DNA of 63,752 bases, the filler included, from Octopus bimaculoides (Eukaryota), in the NCBI RefSeq assembly GCF_001194135.2. It is 5 parts of 5 records of this genome, joined end to end, with 100 filler letters (N's around TTAATTAATTAA, not from the genome) between each part and the next. Parts side by side here need not be neighbours in the genome. Positions count along the whole stretch, not along the records: positions 27,852 to 54,820 come from NC_068992.1; 4 more parts are not named here. The stretch is one strand, 5' to 3'. Below are positions 39,064-52,406 of this stretch, in pieces (positions within the stretch are counted from its first letter, which is position 1; each line of letters starts with the position of its first letter). A program made the position numbers and the translations under genes. The notes beneath the pieces were generated by a model that was given only the letters and a program-made list of their open reading frames with translations, ran no database searches and was not told the origin of the DNA.

Positions 39064-42000
39064 CACATAAAAACACACACTCATGTACATGTAAATGCAG
39101 AGGGCTTTTTCAGTTTCCATGTAGCAAATTCACTCAAACGATTCTGTTTGTCCCCGGGCATTAGTAGAAGACAATTTTCCAAGGTGCCAAGCAGTGGGAC
39201 TGAACCCTAAACCACTCAGTTGATCCTCTTACACGTATCTGTCTGTCTGTCTGCCTGCCTGCCTGTCTATCTACCTCTCTATAAGTATATACATATATAC
39301 ATATACGCATACATATGTACTTATACATACATATATGTGTGTGTATGTGTGTGTGTGTGATGGTGTTGTGGATGTGGATGTGTGACTGTATCTTTCATTG
39401 TATATTGGCAAAAAATACAAGAATCAGTTTGAAAAATACTGAAATGGTGCTTTGTAAGAAAAATACCCTGCATTAGTTGTTCTGTATGGGTTGCACAGAC
39501 AATCCTGTATCATCTGCAGTATCAGAAACTTAGTAAATCAGTAAATGGCAAAATGGAAATCTTTAACACACAATATGATGTAATTTAAAAAAAAAAAGAA
39601 TTAATAGAATAAAATATTTTAAACCACAAGCATGTTTCTGAAATCAGTTCTCTCTTAACCTTTTATCCAGGTATATAATTTTAACCAAACAACACATATT
39701 CTAGTTTTTAGAAATTGAATGAAAATATTATTGAATTCTTAATGGATTGCAAAAATCTCTAAATCTGGAAAGTTGTTTCAGGGGGAAAAAAAAATACAAC
39801 CAAAATCCCAAAACAAAAGCAAAAAACATTTCTATGGGTTTGTTAATAAATAGATTACAGAAACATCTATAACTCATCAAACATCTTAATGAAGATAATG
39901 AAACAAACTTTAAATGGAACCGATGATTGTATATTTGAAGTCAATTATAAGATATTTTGAGTTAAAAATCAATATTTCTTCAAAGAGAATTTTCAATAGA
40001 AGCATATTGTTTCAGGAGAATGCTTTTGTTGCATTAAGGAATATGTAAGTAACAAATACCAATATTAAGAGATGAAGCAATAAAGCAGCAACAAAATGAT
40101 AATAATGATAATAATAAATAATGAAAGAAATTTTGAATTACTACCACAACTGTGAACTTTATATTTACATTAAAGCATGTCAATTAATATTATAAGATAT
40201 AGTTTTTAATATTTGATGAGAACTTAGATATAGTTGATGTTTATTTAGAAGATGAATATATATATAAATAATGCATGCTTATATGAATATGTATTATTAT
40301 AGATATACATAATGGCTCTTATTTTTGTCAATAAGGAAAATTATTTCAGTTCACATCAAATGAATCCAAACCTGTTTAATAAAAGTGATTCATGCCAGTT
40401 CTTAAGTGGCTGGTTTCAGGGATAATTGTTATGCCGGAAGAGCTTTTCAAAAGACATACATTTCTAAAGTTAATAAGGATCAAGTCAGATTTAGCGTGAA
40501 ATTTAGTGGAGTTGTTGAGCTTGCTCCAATTAAGGACCAATGGTGAAAGTGGATTTGCAAGCAATGAGTGGTTAACATCACTTACATTACACTGAGGACT
40601 ACCTATTATGGAAATGGAAGAAAATATTGAAGAAGAGATAAATAAGGAATTTCCATTATCATTCATTGCCACATAATATAAATGCCAGAAGTTATAATAT
40701 AAATGTCACACTAGCTTGTATATTTTAATTTAATATTCCTTACTTCCATGGCTATTTGATGAATGAGTTAAGTATTCACAGTTGAAAAATATGTTTACTT
40801 AAGTTTCAGATATTTTACCTAACATTGAAAGACGCTACAGCTTTAGATTAATATACATTCAAAAGGTTGTAGATATTGTGGCTTTGCCTTCTTTGAAATA
40901 ATCATCATCGGATCTAGTGCTGTTCATAAATAGCTTTGTCTATCTGAGTTTTTATCTTTCTATACTTACATATTACTTAACAAGTGGTAAATGAAGAATC
41001 TAGAACTTAACCATTTGGTCTTTCATCTTGTGGAGATCCATTGCAATGATTAGAGAGATAATTTTAATTATGTGTTTCTTGGATTGCTATCTAGAAAGAT
41101 TCCTATCAGTAGCAAATATTCCAAGCCACTTGAAGCAGTTCTTTTGGGAAGCATAATCAGGCTTACGAAAGAGAAAAAAATAAATAAACAACAAAAGAAC
41201 AAGATACAAAACAAACAAAAAAGAAGATAAATGTAACAACAAATTTTGTCTTTTTAATACTTTTTTTTCTTAAGATGGTGGCTGTAGCTTATTAGATCAA
41301 GGAAAAAAACGTCAACTTCTGTGTGTTGCAACATCACCGTATAATTGTATTTAGGTACATTAATCTAAAAGGATAGCAGTGTTCCCATTTTGGCAATTGA
41401 TTTCTTTATTGATTTTATATTACTTCAGACATATTAGAGCTGCAAAGAAATATTAATGAGTTAGTTTGTTCCATTTTTCACAAATTATTTTCCACTTAGC
41501 AAATAAATGCAACAGAATGGCGATAAAAATGAAAGATAATCTGTATTCTTGTAAAGAGTGTTTATATACATAATAATGCCACACACTTACATTAACTAAC
41601 AACAAAATAATATTTTTTTTTATATCAACTAAGCCATAATATGAATTAGTTTATCTGATCTATTACTTTGCTAAAATTGGCAATAATGAAGTTTATCAAG
41701 TACAATATCAGTTAAATGAGGGAAATATTTATCCAGTGCATTGCCTGTTTGAAAATGTTTCAGTTTGTGGAATATATTACTGATTTTAAGAAGTAGTAAC
41801 TACAAGCAGAATATTTAGTTTAGATTTATTTGGATAAGGAAGTAAATTCCTTAGAAATGATGTTTAAATAAGGAAAGTAAACAATGTTATCTCGTAGAAG
41901 TTATTGATTTTCAAAAATTGATGGATCAATAGTGGACAAACGATTCATCTTATTCATTCGAGCCTTTATTTACAAGGCAGATAAACATGTGGGTCATTCT

Positions 42001-42213
42001 TGGATTGGACAAGACGAAGAAAGAAGATATGACACGTGTCAAAACACATTCACCGAGTCATTTTAATGTTGTAGAGGAATTTCCCCTCTTCTCGGTTATG
42101 CGGCTTTGGGTTCAGTTCCACTGCATAGCGTTTTGGGTAAGTGGCATCTGCCATAGACCAGGGTTGACCAAAACCATGGGAATGGATTCTGGTAGGCAGA
42201 AACTGAAAGAAGT

Positions 42214-42296
<83 letters not shown>

Positions 42297-43379
42297 AATG
42301 TATGTATGTATGTGTGTGTGTATGTATGTATGTAGGCATGTATGAATGTTGTGTGTGTGTGTTGTATTGTGCCTCTTCATTTTGATATAAGATGATGGAT
42401 GTGAGCATTGTCATTATAAAAATAGTAGCAATTGTTTTCACTCTTGCGTGAGAAACATGTCAAGTTATAGAAAAATATTCACTTTGCTTGGAAACGTGAG
42501 GGTTGATGAAGGGAAAGGCATCCGGTTGTAGAAAATTTACCCAGTGAATTACCTCTGACTCATGCAAGCATGGAAAAATGGACATTGAAGCTATGATAAA
42601 AATGATTATGATATACAATATCTCTCAGAAGTATGTACACCCCTAAAAAATTTCAATAAAATTGCCTTTATTCTGATAATATCAAAGAAAATGTATGTAT
42701 GTGTACATGTCTCTTTGTGTGTCTTAGCATTTGTTTATATTTGTACTCTAGAAAGGTTTTGAGCAATGGGTAGTGTAGTCGTTGTGACACTTTCAAAAAA
42801 TCATCTGCTCACTTTACTATTTCAAAGTTATGTGATACTTTATTTGCAAAATGAGTAAGGGATAGCAACAAGAAGGGCATTCAACTGTAAAAAAAATCTT
42901 TCAATAATATATTTCCCAAACTCATGCTAACATGGAAAAATAGATGTAAAATTGAATGAAGAAATGAAGTTAGTCAGTCAAAGCTGAGAGTCAAATTGTA
43001 AGTTTAGATAAATTCTTCACATTATGCAAGTTTCTAAAAAACAAAGAAAGAGAATGTTTATTGAATTTCCATGATTGGATTAAGAATAATTGATTGAGAG
43101 TTCTGAGATCTGAGGTGACTGCATGCTAAAAGATTTTATTGAAAGAACAAGAACTTATTCAAGATTCATTATACATGGCATTTCTTTTACTTGTTTCAGT
43201 CATTGAACAGCAGCCATGCAGACACACTGTTGTAAAGGGTTTAGTCAAACCAATTAACTCCTGTACTTATTTTTCAGCCTGGTGCCTATTTTGTTGGTCT
43301 CTTTTGCTGAACTACTAAGTTGCAGAGATGTAAATAACATTAATAGAAGAATCTTCTTGTCAAGGGTTCCAGATGAGCC

Positions 43380-44000
43380 TACCTCCTGGCAGGAAACAAA
43401 GATGAGGGCAGCAGCATCAGACTCCCTCATCCACCAAATGCCAGATTTCAGAGAAAGTTTCAAATAATGAAGGCGTAGCACAGGCAATGGTGGTGCCTCA
43501 AAATGATTGCAGCTTTAAAGTTGAAACAGGTTAAAGTGATGAAAGAGAAAATCAACAGAAGATATGAGGGAAAATGGACAGGAAAAAAGAAATTGTAGTG
43601 TAAAGTAGAGAGAGATTCTGAAAAAGTGATTGAAGGAAAGAGAGGGGTGGAAGGTTGAGGAGGAAAACATTTTAGGAGAGAATGCAGTGAGAGAAAAACA
43701 ATCAGGACCTGAGGGGTAAGATGCAGAGACTGGGAGATATCACAGTGATAGAGGAAGGAGGAAGAGTAGTGTGTGAAGGCCACAACAACATCTGAGATTG
43801 AATGAGAAGACAATGGTATGTAAGTTGGTAGGTAGGTAGGTAGGTTTAGAGTTGAGGTAAAGCAATGGAGTTGCTGCTGTGATAAAAAAAAAATAGGCTA
43901 GATGGCATCCTAAAGGTGTAAGAGTAAGTAATGAGATAAAGACAAGAAGTGTTGCTGGTAGCTGAATTACATCCCTTTGCTGACAAAATGCCATCAGGTG
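43380..44000 (-). mobile_element. Possible CR1/L2/Jockey-like LINE 3' remnant
   Basis: Purine-rich, highly decayed block with weak resemblance to LINE RT C-terminal text; no clean motif. Confidence 0.3.
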
Positions 44001-44242
44001 GCATGAAAGTTGATACCTATATATTCCGTTTTTGGGGGCACTTTACCTCTCTCACCATTTTGGACACCAAGGAGCACACATTACACTTCTGCCTAAGGCA
44101 CAAACCACATGTGGTTACAGTCATTCTAATGATGCCTGCCTAACCAACTTTTTATCACCATCGTTATAATGATGCCTACTTAATACATTTCAGACCACTG
44201 TCATTCTCCTGCTTTATCATAGCAATTTATTTAGCAACTAAC

Positions 44243-44298
44243 TTTATCCCCGCATCCTATGAGAAAATCAACTGTTGTGTGACCAACTTTGCTGACAC
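44243..44298 (-). CDS. Candidate exon of the unidentified gene (VSKVGHTTVDFLIGCGDK)
   Basis: Acceptor ttcgtaacag, donor gttagt, phase 1 to 0; not phase-linked to the exon before it. Confidence 0.3.
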
Positions 44299-44475
44299 CT
44301 GTTACGAATTTGTTACAGTAAGTCCAAGCCATGAGCTGAATATGTTTTGTGACTAAAATTTCACTCACAACACTGCACACGCATTTCTGTTACCTTCACA
44401 ATTTTGTCTCATAACTAGTTAGCTCTTACTTGTTATTCAAAAGGACCCTAGACATGTGGATACTGAATTTCTTAC

Positions 44476-44502
44476 ATCACGTAAAAGCTGTGTTCATACC
44501 AT
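44476..44502 (-). CDS. Candidate 27-nt micro-exon of the unidentified gene (WYEHSFYV)
   Basis: Acceptor ttagaatag, donor gtaaga, phase 2 to 2; in frame with 46746-46787. Confidence 0.4.
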
Positions 44503-45559
44503 CTATTCTAAATAAATTTTGTTTATTATGGTAAACAGTTTTCACCTTCTTATACACACTCAACACTTTAAAAGAATAAGCCATGATAATATGTGCTGTG
44601 AGTGATCAAGAGATGGGAGATCAGGAAAGAAAATATATGGTGATGAGATGGCTCTCTGGAATTATAATACCATTGTTGCTGATGCTGCAACTCTTGGCAA
44701 TATTCTTAGCGTTTGGATTTTATCATTATCATCTTAGCAGTGTTTGTATCTGTTTATTATGTTATAGCAATATTTCATTGTTTGTATAACTTAAGGTAAA
44801 ATACAGAAGCAATAGAAATGATCATTTTGATTTCTGTTTTATTAAAAATATTTATCAATATGATCTCTCTTGTTAAAATAATGTTTGATCTGAATTGCTG
44901 TTGTAATTACACTTCCTTTATCTAATTAATCTTAATGAGTTAGTGTGAATTGTTTTTTTTTAAAAAACATACTTTCAATCTATGTTTTCATCAGTAAGTC
45001 TGTCACCAGAAGATGGTATTTAGTCACAAAGACTCTGTGAGGTTATACAGAATCTTCTTCCTATCTCATGGACAAGATTCTTTTAAGGAAAAATGAAGAG
45101 AGAAAAAGAGAGATGTGGGGGGAAGGGAGAGTGAGTGAAGCTAATAATAAAGAAAAATTTCATTTTTCAAAGAAATTTATTGCTGTAACTACCTTTAGCA
45201 CTGATGTTAGTCTCTTTGGCATTTTGCTATAAATCAAATCTTGGTTGTTTTGATGTTAACGTTCCTTCTGATTAAAACTTTGGTAAACTTCTACCAAATC
45301 TACCAAACAGATGTTATGAACTTTTTCATTAATATTTATATAGAAATTCTTTGATTTATGATTTATCCCTTCCATAAATACAGTTAGTGCTATTTTGGTG
45401 GAGCATTAATGGAGGAACAAAGATATCCATTCTCCCCATTCAAAGCCCAACTTATTCCAATCATTAATAGAAATATTGAATAAAAGGTCTTTTCAACAAT
45501 AACTCTTTTATTCTCTTGCTCTGCTGATTAATCAACTTGAGTATGGATATCCCAACACA

Positions 45560-45625
<66 letters not shown>

Positions 45626-45659
45626 TATTTCTATTATTTTTATTATTATTATTTTTTTA

Positions 45660-45707
<48 letters not shown>

Positions 45708-45795
45708 ATCATCATCATCACCATTATCATCGTCATCATCCCCATCATCATCATTACTACTACCACCACCCATAATCATCATCACCATCATCATG
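45560..45795. repeat. Compound (ATT)n-(CAT)n microsatellite
   Basis: Directly visible. Confidence 0.95.
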
Positions 45796-46745
45796 GACAA
45801 TTTATTGTTGTATGAGCAGAGAGATTCAGTGGGAAATATGCACCGATTCCTACTCAGCCCAATCAGCTGAATATGCCTTCTTCAACTACAACTGAAGAAT
45901 CTCTCTTATATTCTTTGAATATTTCATGCAAATATTAATTCTTCTCAATTTGAATGACTATACAGTCATTTATTCTTTTATCCCTATTTGAATAAATTTA
46001 CAATACACTCATCAATATCCTTTCTTTATGTTGCTTGGTCATGATCTTTATTAAAGCACAGTCTCCAAGATTTGTGAAGATAAAAGAAGAAAAACACTTA
46101 TGGGTTAGTCTAACAGAGAGTTTTGTATCTGTCATGAGCATATGGATTCATTAGTCAGAGCTTATGTCAGTTCCTATGGCAAATAAGTGATTGAAAGTAC
46201 AGTACTCAATTTATACTTTTCTGATTATAGCCTTTTATAGTTTGGTAAACTGGGTTAACATGAAATGTAATACCTTGCTCAAAAGTATGATATAGTGCCT
46301 GCTCTGGGAATTGAAACCATGACCTTGCAATCAGGTTTCTAACATTCATCATTAGGTAATATTTATAACCAACTAAACATGAATGCCTTTTTAGAACATT
46401 GAATACTGTATTATTAACATTGGGAGATTTTCTCATATGGGTGCATGTGTGTGCATAAATGCACACACATAGATCATAGTACATAAAATTCGTCTGTCAC
46501 ACAAGCCAAAATTCCCATAGCATGATTTTGGCCTTTTAGACTTCATGAGCGGAAAGCACCATCAGTCACCACATACCAGTCAAATTTCAGAATTTTTAAG
46601 ATGTTGATGTCACAAATAGCCAGTAGGCTTATTAAAAATTAATTATTAGTGATGGAAGCAGCATTAATACCAAAAGTTAATCTTTATATCCAACTAAGCA
46701 TGGCTGCGTTGTTTATATGTGTGCACAGTTATATTTAACATGCAC

Positions 46746-46787
46746 CTGTACACTTGGACATGGAATGACCTGCATTGTGGAAATTGC
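46746..46787 (-). CDS. Candidate 42-nt exon of the unidentified gene (QFPQCRSFHVQVY)
   Basis: Acceptor ttttctccctag, donor gtgcat, phase 2 to 2; in frame with 47832-47885. Confidence 0.45.
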
Positions 46788-47284
46788 CTAGGGAGAAAAG
46801 TGTTTCTTATAGACATTGTATGTAGAAACAGAGTGAATAATGTCACTGGATGATAGATTAGATGTGTTTCTGCATCATTATCCTTAGTCAGGTACAGACA
46901 CCTAATCCATCTTTCACAACCCATTTACAAACAACCATTCTTATATCTAAAAAGCAAATAATACATTTGCCGATATGCACTAAGCTTGGTCAAGCTGGAA
47001 TTTATTAACTAGATATGCATGAAGCAGTGATGATTGAATAGACATGTTAACAATTATATTTATTATGTTCATATACACTTCGATATGGATAGATCTTTGC
47101 TATAAAACTTTTCTCAGGAGAAAAATTCTCCTTATAGCTAATGTGTGAAAACATATCACTGCACCATAAATGATGTTATCAAACTGCAGAATGCATGCAT
47201 TTCTGGTTTGTTATGTTTCATTTTTTATGAACAATGAATCCATAGCCTGCAAAGAAACAGCTGTTCTTATATCCTTTTCTACTC

Positions 47285-47460
47285 TAGGCACAATGCCTGA
47301 AATTTTGGGGGATGGGGCTAGTCGATTAGATCAACCCCAGTACACAACTGGAACTTAATTTATCGACCCTGGAAGGATAAAAGGCTTAGTTGACCTCGGT
47401 GGAATTTGAACTCAGAATGTAAAGACAGACATGCTAATGTTCCTGCCATCTCGCCAGCTT
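47285..47460 (-). mobile_element. SINE fragment (ggcagaatcgttagc family)
   Basis: gacctcggtggaatttgaactcagaa block. Confidence 0.75.
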
Positions 47461-47831
47461 AACCATTCTTATATTTAAATAACAAATAGAGTATTTGATG
47501 ACATGAACAAAGCTTCCTCAAACTGGAATAAATTAACTAGAGGTATGCAAAGTAGTGTTGAGGCTTATATCTATTTGTTTATTCCTTTGATGTCTCTTTT
47601 TCCAGTTCTTCCATGAGTGGAAAAGGTATTTGAGGAATAACTAATTAATCTTTAATTAAATTGTTTAAAAAAACTTTGAAACATATTTTATACAATATAG
47701 AAATTTTTTTTGTCTTAAAAATATTTAGGCACTGAAATAGCACAATCTGTGAATTTCAACCTGTAGCCTAAAAGACATAGAAAGATGTTGAACCACCAAC
47801 AAGTATGTTTGTGACATCTTTAGTATCTCAC

Positions 47832-47885
47832 CTATTGAACAGATGATGCTTAGGAAAGAGAACATATCTGTCCCAGTGCCCCAGC
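47832..47885 (-). CDS. 54-nt exon of the unidentified gene (LGHWDRYVLFPKHHLFN)
   Basis: Acceptor attatttcaag, donor AG|gtgaga, phase 2 to 2; continues 48996-49015 in frame. Confidence 0.6.
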
Positions 47886-48274
47886 CTTGAAATAATTTAT
47901 AGTAATGCTCTCTTTCAGAGAGATCTCAAATTTTTGAGGGAAACATCACTATCCCCTTGTATGATGTATAATTCTATGGTGAATATATGAATCTATTTTG
48001 ATTATTCAGTGACTGATTTATTCTTTCTTTACTTTCTTCCTTCATTTTGTTGTTTACTTTTGTAAATGAAATGAAATATGTTCCTTTACACTTTAGTTTG
48101 AGAATAAAAGAGCAGAGCTAAATTTAGCCAAGAATTTAAATATTTTAGCTTGTTTTGTTTTCTCATTCTCTTTCATTCTTTTCTTTCTCTTTTTTCCTTT
48201 GTAAGAATGAACACTGAGTTTGTCTAAAAGAAGGTTTTTCAAACAAAAATGGAGAATTTTGTAAATAGAGAAAA

Positions 48275-48420
48275 AAAGAATTGCTTGTAATTTTTCATTT
48301 CTTTGATTTAGTCTCAATGGAAATTACTGACATTGAGAAAGTATCTTCCTTTAAATTTTCATCAACATAATTAGATTGCAAGCTGAAGGAACATTATTGC
48401 AGGTAGAGATCTAAATTATC
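48275..48420 (-). repeat. About 150-bp repeat, inverted copy of 49423-49575
   Basis: aataatgttccttcag.ttgcaatctaattat.ttgatgaaaat.taaaggaa shared on opposite strands. Confidence 0.85.
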
Positions 48421-48995
48421 TAAACCTAATCTTATGATGGAACTGATGCATAATTTTATTTATTTCCTCAATAATTACTTTATAAAGTTAACAGATGATC
48501 AAGTAAAGGGTTTTTTTGTGTGTGTGTGTGTGTGAATGGAGTATGGAATGAAAGAAATGGAATAAAATGAAATAAAATAATAAAACGAAATTTTATACTT
48601 TAAAATTTTTGTCTTATTTTTTTTGGCAGTTATTTATTGGTTCAATGATTATTGGGCAACATAGAGATGGGGCTCGACTAGATACAGACCCAATTCAAAA
48701 ACTAGTTGCACACCTGTGGATTATACCACATATAGTATATAGATGTGCTGCAAGATTTTGAAAATGCTAGAATATTTAGCAAAACTGAATGTCATTGACT
48801 CTTAAAAGTCTATAGTGCTTTCTCTTTAGAAACCAATTCTGTTATAAACTAGGGATTTTGAGAAAAACCAGTTTATTCAGTATAAAATCTCAAAAATATA
48901 ACTGTTGCACAGTTAGATGGAATTTGTTGATATGACATAATAATTGTCTTTGGCATACATTGTGTTTATAATCTTTGTGTGTTGTTGTGTTTTAC

Positions 48996-49015
48996 CTGTT
49001 ATCATATCCTTTCAC
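48996..49015 (-). CDS. 20-nt micro-exon of the unidentified gene (VKGYDN)
   Basis: Acceptor tatatttgcag, donor AG|gtaaaa, phase 0 to 2. Only one frame is open, and it matches both neighbouring exons. Confidence 0.6.
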
Positions 49016-49422
49016 CTGCAAATATAAGCTAAGTACAGTTAAGGTGGTTACACATTAATGTTTTTGCATATATGTATATGATATCAATCCCTAGGCACTG
49101 ACTTCATGATTAAATCACTAATAAATCAATAATAATAAATAAATCATTAATAAATAATATAAGTATATTCTCACTCACTACTTGAGATATTAAGCACCGT
49201 TAAGCTCAAAAATTGTAGAAAAAAATCTGGAAAAATTTACTGGATTAAAAAAATAAACATATGGAGCAACAGAAAGTTTCTTGATAGAAAATTCTTTCTA
49301 AAACGAAACTAAACTTTATTTCAAGGACAGAAGAGAAAATCTATTAACTTTATAAGATAATTGTTGATGAATAAATAAAATATTGTACCACTTTTATCAT
49401 AAGATTAGCTTTTGACAGCATA

Positions 49423-49575
49423 GATATATTTAGATCCCTGCATGTAATAATGTTCCTTCAGTTTGCAATCTAATTATCTTGATGAAAATCTAAAGGAATA
49501 TAATTTCTCAATGTTGGTAATTTTCCATGAAACTAAATCAAAGAAATGAAAAAATTAATAGCAATATATCTTTCT
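49423..49575 (+). repeat. About 150-bp repeat, inverted copy of 48275-48420
   Basis: See the partner copy. Confidence 0.85.
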
Positions 49576-49759
49576 TTTATGTAAGTCTGACATGATACAA
49601 TGATTAAAAATATGTGCTATACCTGTTCTGTTAGGACATAATAAACTTTTACTCAACACACACCATCCATTTGCATCTTTTGTTTATATTTGTGTATTCA
49701 TCTCTCTCTGGTATGCCTCGACTGAACACAAGTGAGCTATCAACCCTTTATATAGTTCA

Positions 49760-50300
49760 TTTGTATTTTATTTATCATGAAGGTTAATATTAGAAAAAAA
49801 ATGAGGTAAACATGAGGTTGATCCAGTTGATCGACCTTGTTTAAATAAAGCACATTTTAGTACATCCTTGTAAGTTGGCAAAACTTGCTTGCTAAGATCC
49901 CATGGAGTACTAAATATTGGACATTCAATATCATGATGTGTTGTTGGTTTATGAGTCATAACTAAATGTAAACAACCTCTTAAGGATATTGTTTTGCATT
50001 CTTTTATGTAGAAATATGTATTTGTTATGACTTATAATCTATTAAATCCAAAATTCGACCAACAATAGTGATTTTTAAAATTTAAAATTGCCTTGCAGTT
50101 CTTTAGACTCTTTTCTTTTAACTCTAATTCACAACAAAATATCGATTTTTGGTTACGAATTTCAAAAGTTGCATTTTTCACTCCAACCCTAATACATATT
50201 TTATATATCAATGACTTGTAGGGATGTGGTATTTCGTTGTTCAACCATATAAAACGTTTATATGTTAAGCATTTTAATAGGTCAATACCATGTTCTACTG
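49760..50300 (-). mobile_element. DNA-transposon remnant (terminus-like segment plus transposase N-terminal fragment); family unresolved
   Basis: ORF 49768-49959 reads ECPIFSTPWDLSKQVLPTYKDVLKC, resembling the CPIFG...LPTYxDV start of invertebrate putative transposases. An upstream segment tattagggttggagtgaaaaatgcaacttttgaaattcgtaaccaaaaatcga looks like a transposon end. Confidence 0.5.
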
Positions 50301-50337
50301 TGTTAACAGTGTTCTTTATATCACTTGTTAAGGTTAC

Positions 50338-50379
50338 CTCTGCAGTGATTCTATAGACATAGCCAGCACTATTTAGTAT
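50338..50379 (-). CDS. 42-nt exon of the unidentified gene (ILNSAGYVYRITAE)
   Basis: Acceptor ctgatttctcag, donor GAG|gtaacc, phase 0 to 0; the other two frames contain stops. Confidence 0.6.
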
Positions 50380-50813
50380 CTGAGAAATCAGATGAAAACA
50401 AACAACAAAATGTAACAAAAACCAATACTGGTTATAATTTGTATACAATATCTATAGAGATAACCTTAACAATTGATATATATGTATATATTATTTTTGG
50501 AATGATTTAACTCAAAGCAGATAAAGCTATAAATAATAGTGTATAAATAATACATTAGAAAGCCCTATGGACAGAAAATTTTGGAGGTTGCTCATGGCAC
50601 TTGAACCCACATCCACATCTCCTGTAGTAACCTGTCATGCTCACAGGAGATGTGGGTTTGATTCTCACCAGCAGCCTTCAGCATTTTCTATGCAAAGAGC
50701 TTTTTTAAATCTATTAATTACATGATATCATTTAAAGCTTTATATGCTTTAAGTTAAATCTTCCAAAAGAAGAAATATTTCATGTTCTCTGGCAGTTTCT
50801 AAATATTTGTTGT

Positions 50814-50852
<39 letters not shown>

Positions 50853-50866
50853 GACACACACATACG

Positions 50867-50914
<48 letters not shown>

Positions 50915-51807
50915 GGGAGAGAGAGAGGGAGCTGTAGCTAGTTAATTAGCGAGGGAGATAGTTAGACATACATATATATATATGTATATATATATATATA
51001 CATACATACATACATACATATACATATATAAGCAATAATAAATCTATATATATATGAATGGCTTGATATTTTCTTAACTTCAATACTTTCTTCTCATACT
51101 ACATACAGTATCTTTCAGCAAATATGTTAACTCTGATGGTGTTTTCATTTTATTCATTTAAACTAAATGAAACATAAAACTTCCTAACATCAATGAAAAT
51201 ATCTAAAACTTTTTTATTCATTTTATTTTATAGTTTATTTCTGAAAAATATTGTTTCAATAATAGCTCATTTGATTTTGAATTTGATAAAAATGAAAAGG
51301 TTTAACACAGATGCAAATGGAGTATATGAAAATCAGAGCCTACCTCTAAGGGAAATATTTATAAAAAAAAAAAAATAGTTGAAAAGTTGAAATAAAATAT
51401 TAAAAAAACCCCAGCAGATTTTGATGCAAAACAATATGTCCATTGATTAAGCTGTTAAACAACAAGGTTCATATTGATTAATTGGAAATCAATAATGTTC
51501 TTATTGACTTTATACTAAACAATAATTCTAATGTTGATATTGACTAAAGAGTAAACAATAAAATGTATTTTATCAAATTGTAGAGTAAATATTTGGTTTG
51601 CAAATATCAATCTGTATGTATAGCTTTAAATTGCAATGTCCTCAGTTAATTTAATTTTGGCTGAGTGGTATTAACAATACTCTACAATATCCTAGTTTAA
51701 TGGTTCAAATTCTACCTATTTTTAAGTATCTCCTTCACTTTAGTTTACTTTCCACAGATGGACATTATGCACTGCTTCAACTTATTAACAATAGTTTCTG
51801 AGTTAAA

Positions 51808-52020
51808 GCAGTGAGCTGGCGGAATCATTAGCATGCCAGGCAAAATGCTTAGTGGCATTTTGTCTGCTTTATTGCTTTATGTTCCAAGTTCAAATTCTGC
51901 CAAGGTCAACTTTCATCCTTTCAGAGTTGATAAAATAAGTGCCAGTAGAGCACTGGAGTTGATGTATTTGACTTACTCCATCTTCCAAAATTCCTGGCCT
52001 TGGGCCAAAAGTTTTAATCA
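51808..52020 (+). mobile_element. SINE (ggcagaatcgttagc family), CpG-decayed
   Basis: gtgagctggcggaatcattagcatgcc...gttcaaattctgccaaggtcaac...gataaaataagt. Confidence 0.8.
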
Positions 52021-52258
52021 GTAATAGCTTCTGATGCAGCAACATTGCCAGCAATTTTAAGACTGGTACTTTGTTTTATTGAGTAGCAGGATTGAGTCGA
52101 TCTTGAACGTCAGCTGAATGCTCTTCCTTTACGCCAACCAATTTACAGAGAGTACTGAGTGTTTTTCTTGAAACACTGATACTAGTGAGGTTGCTCTCCG
52201 CACATGTTTCTGTGATGAAGTCCAGACTTGTGTCCAAGCATTATTCTGCTGACCTTAC

Positions 52259-52406
52259 TAATCATCTCTATTCAAAGAGAACCATCTAAACGTTTTCTCA
52301 GTAGTCTCTACATCATTCTTGATGGCATTTCTGTTCATTCTTGTAATGACCAGTGTTCTATATGCTTTGCTTGGAGTATGACCAGCAAACTCTTGACTGC
52401 CAAACT
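52259..52406 (-). CDS. 148-nt exon of the unidentified gene (FGSQEFAGHTPSKAYRTLVITRMNRNAIKNDVETTEKTFRWFSLNRDD)
   Basis: Acceptor gtttgtaaacag, donor gtaagg, phase 1 to 2; 48 open codons with ordinary protein composition, in frame with 55083-55136. Confidence 0.6.

Noticed and set aside
38591-47960. Plus-strand micro-exon candidates (38591-38724, 40016-40044, about 41429-41459, 47606-47625, about 47919-47958)
   Set aside because: Each has AG/GT signals, but phases do not chain without stops and no family is recognisable. They also show how easily such signals arise by chance here.
44243-52406. Idea that the micro-exon gene is a CatSper auxiliary subunit (many small exons, IGC motif)
   Set aside because: Only a three-residue resemblance and no alignable block; not supportable without a profile search.
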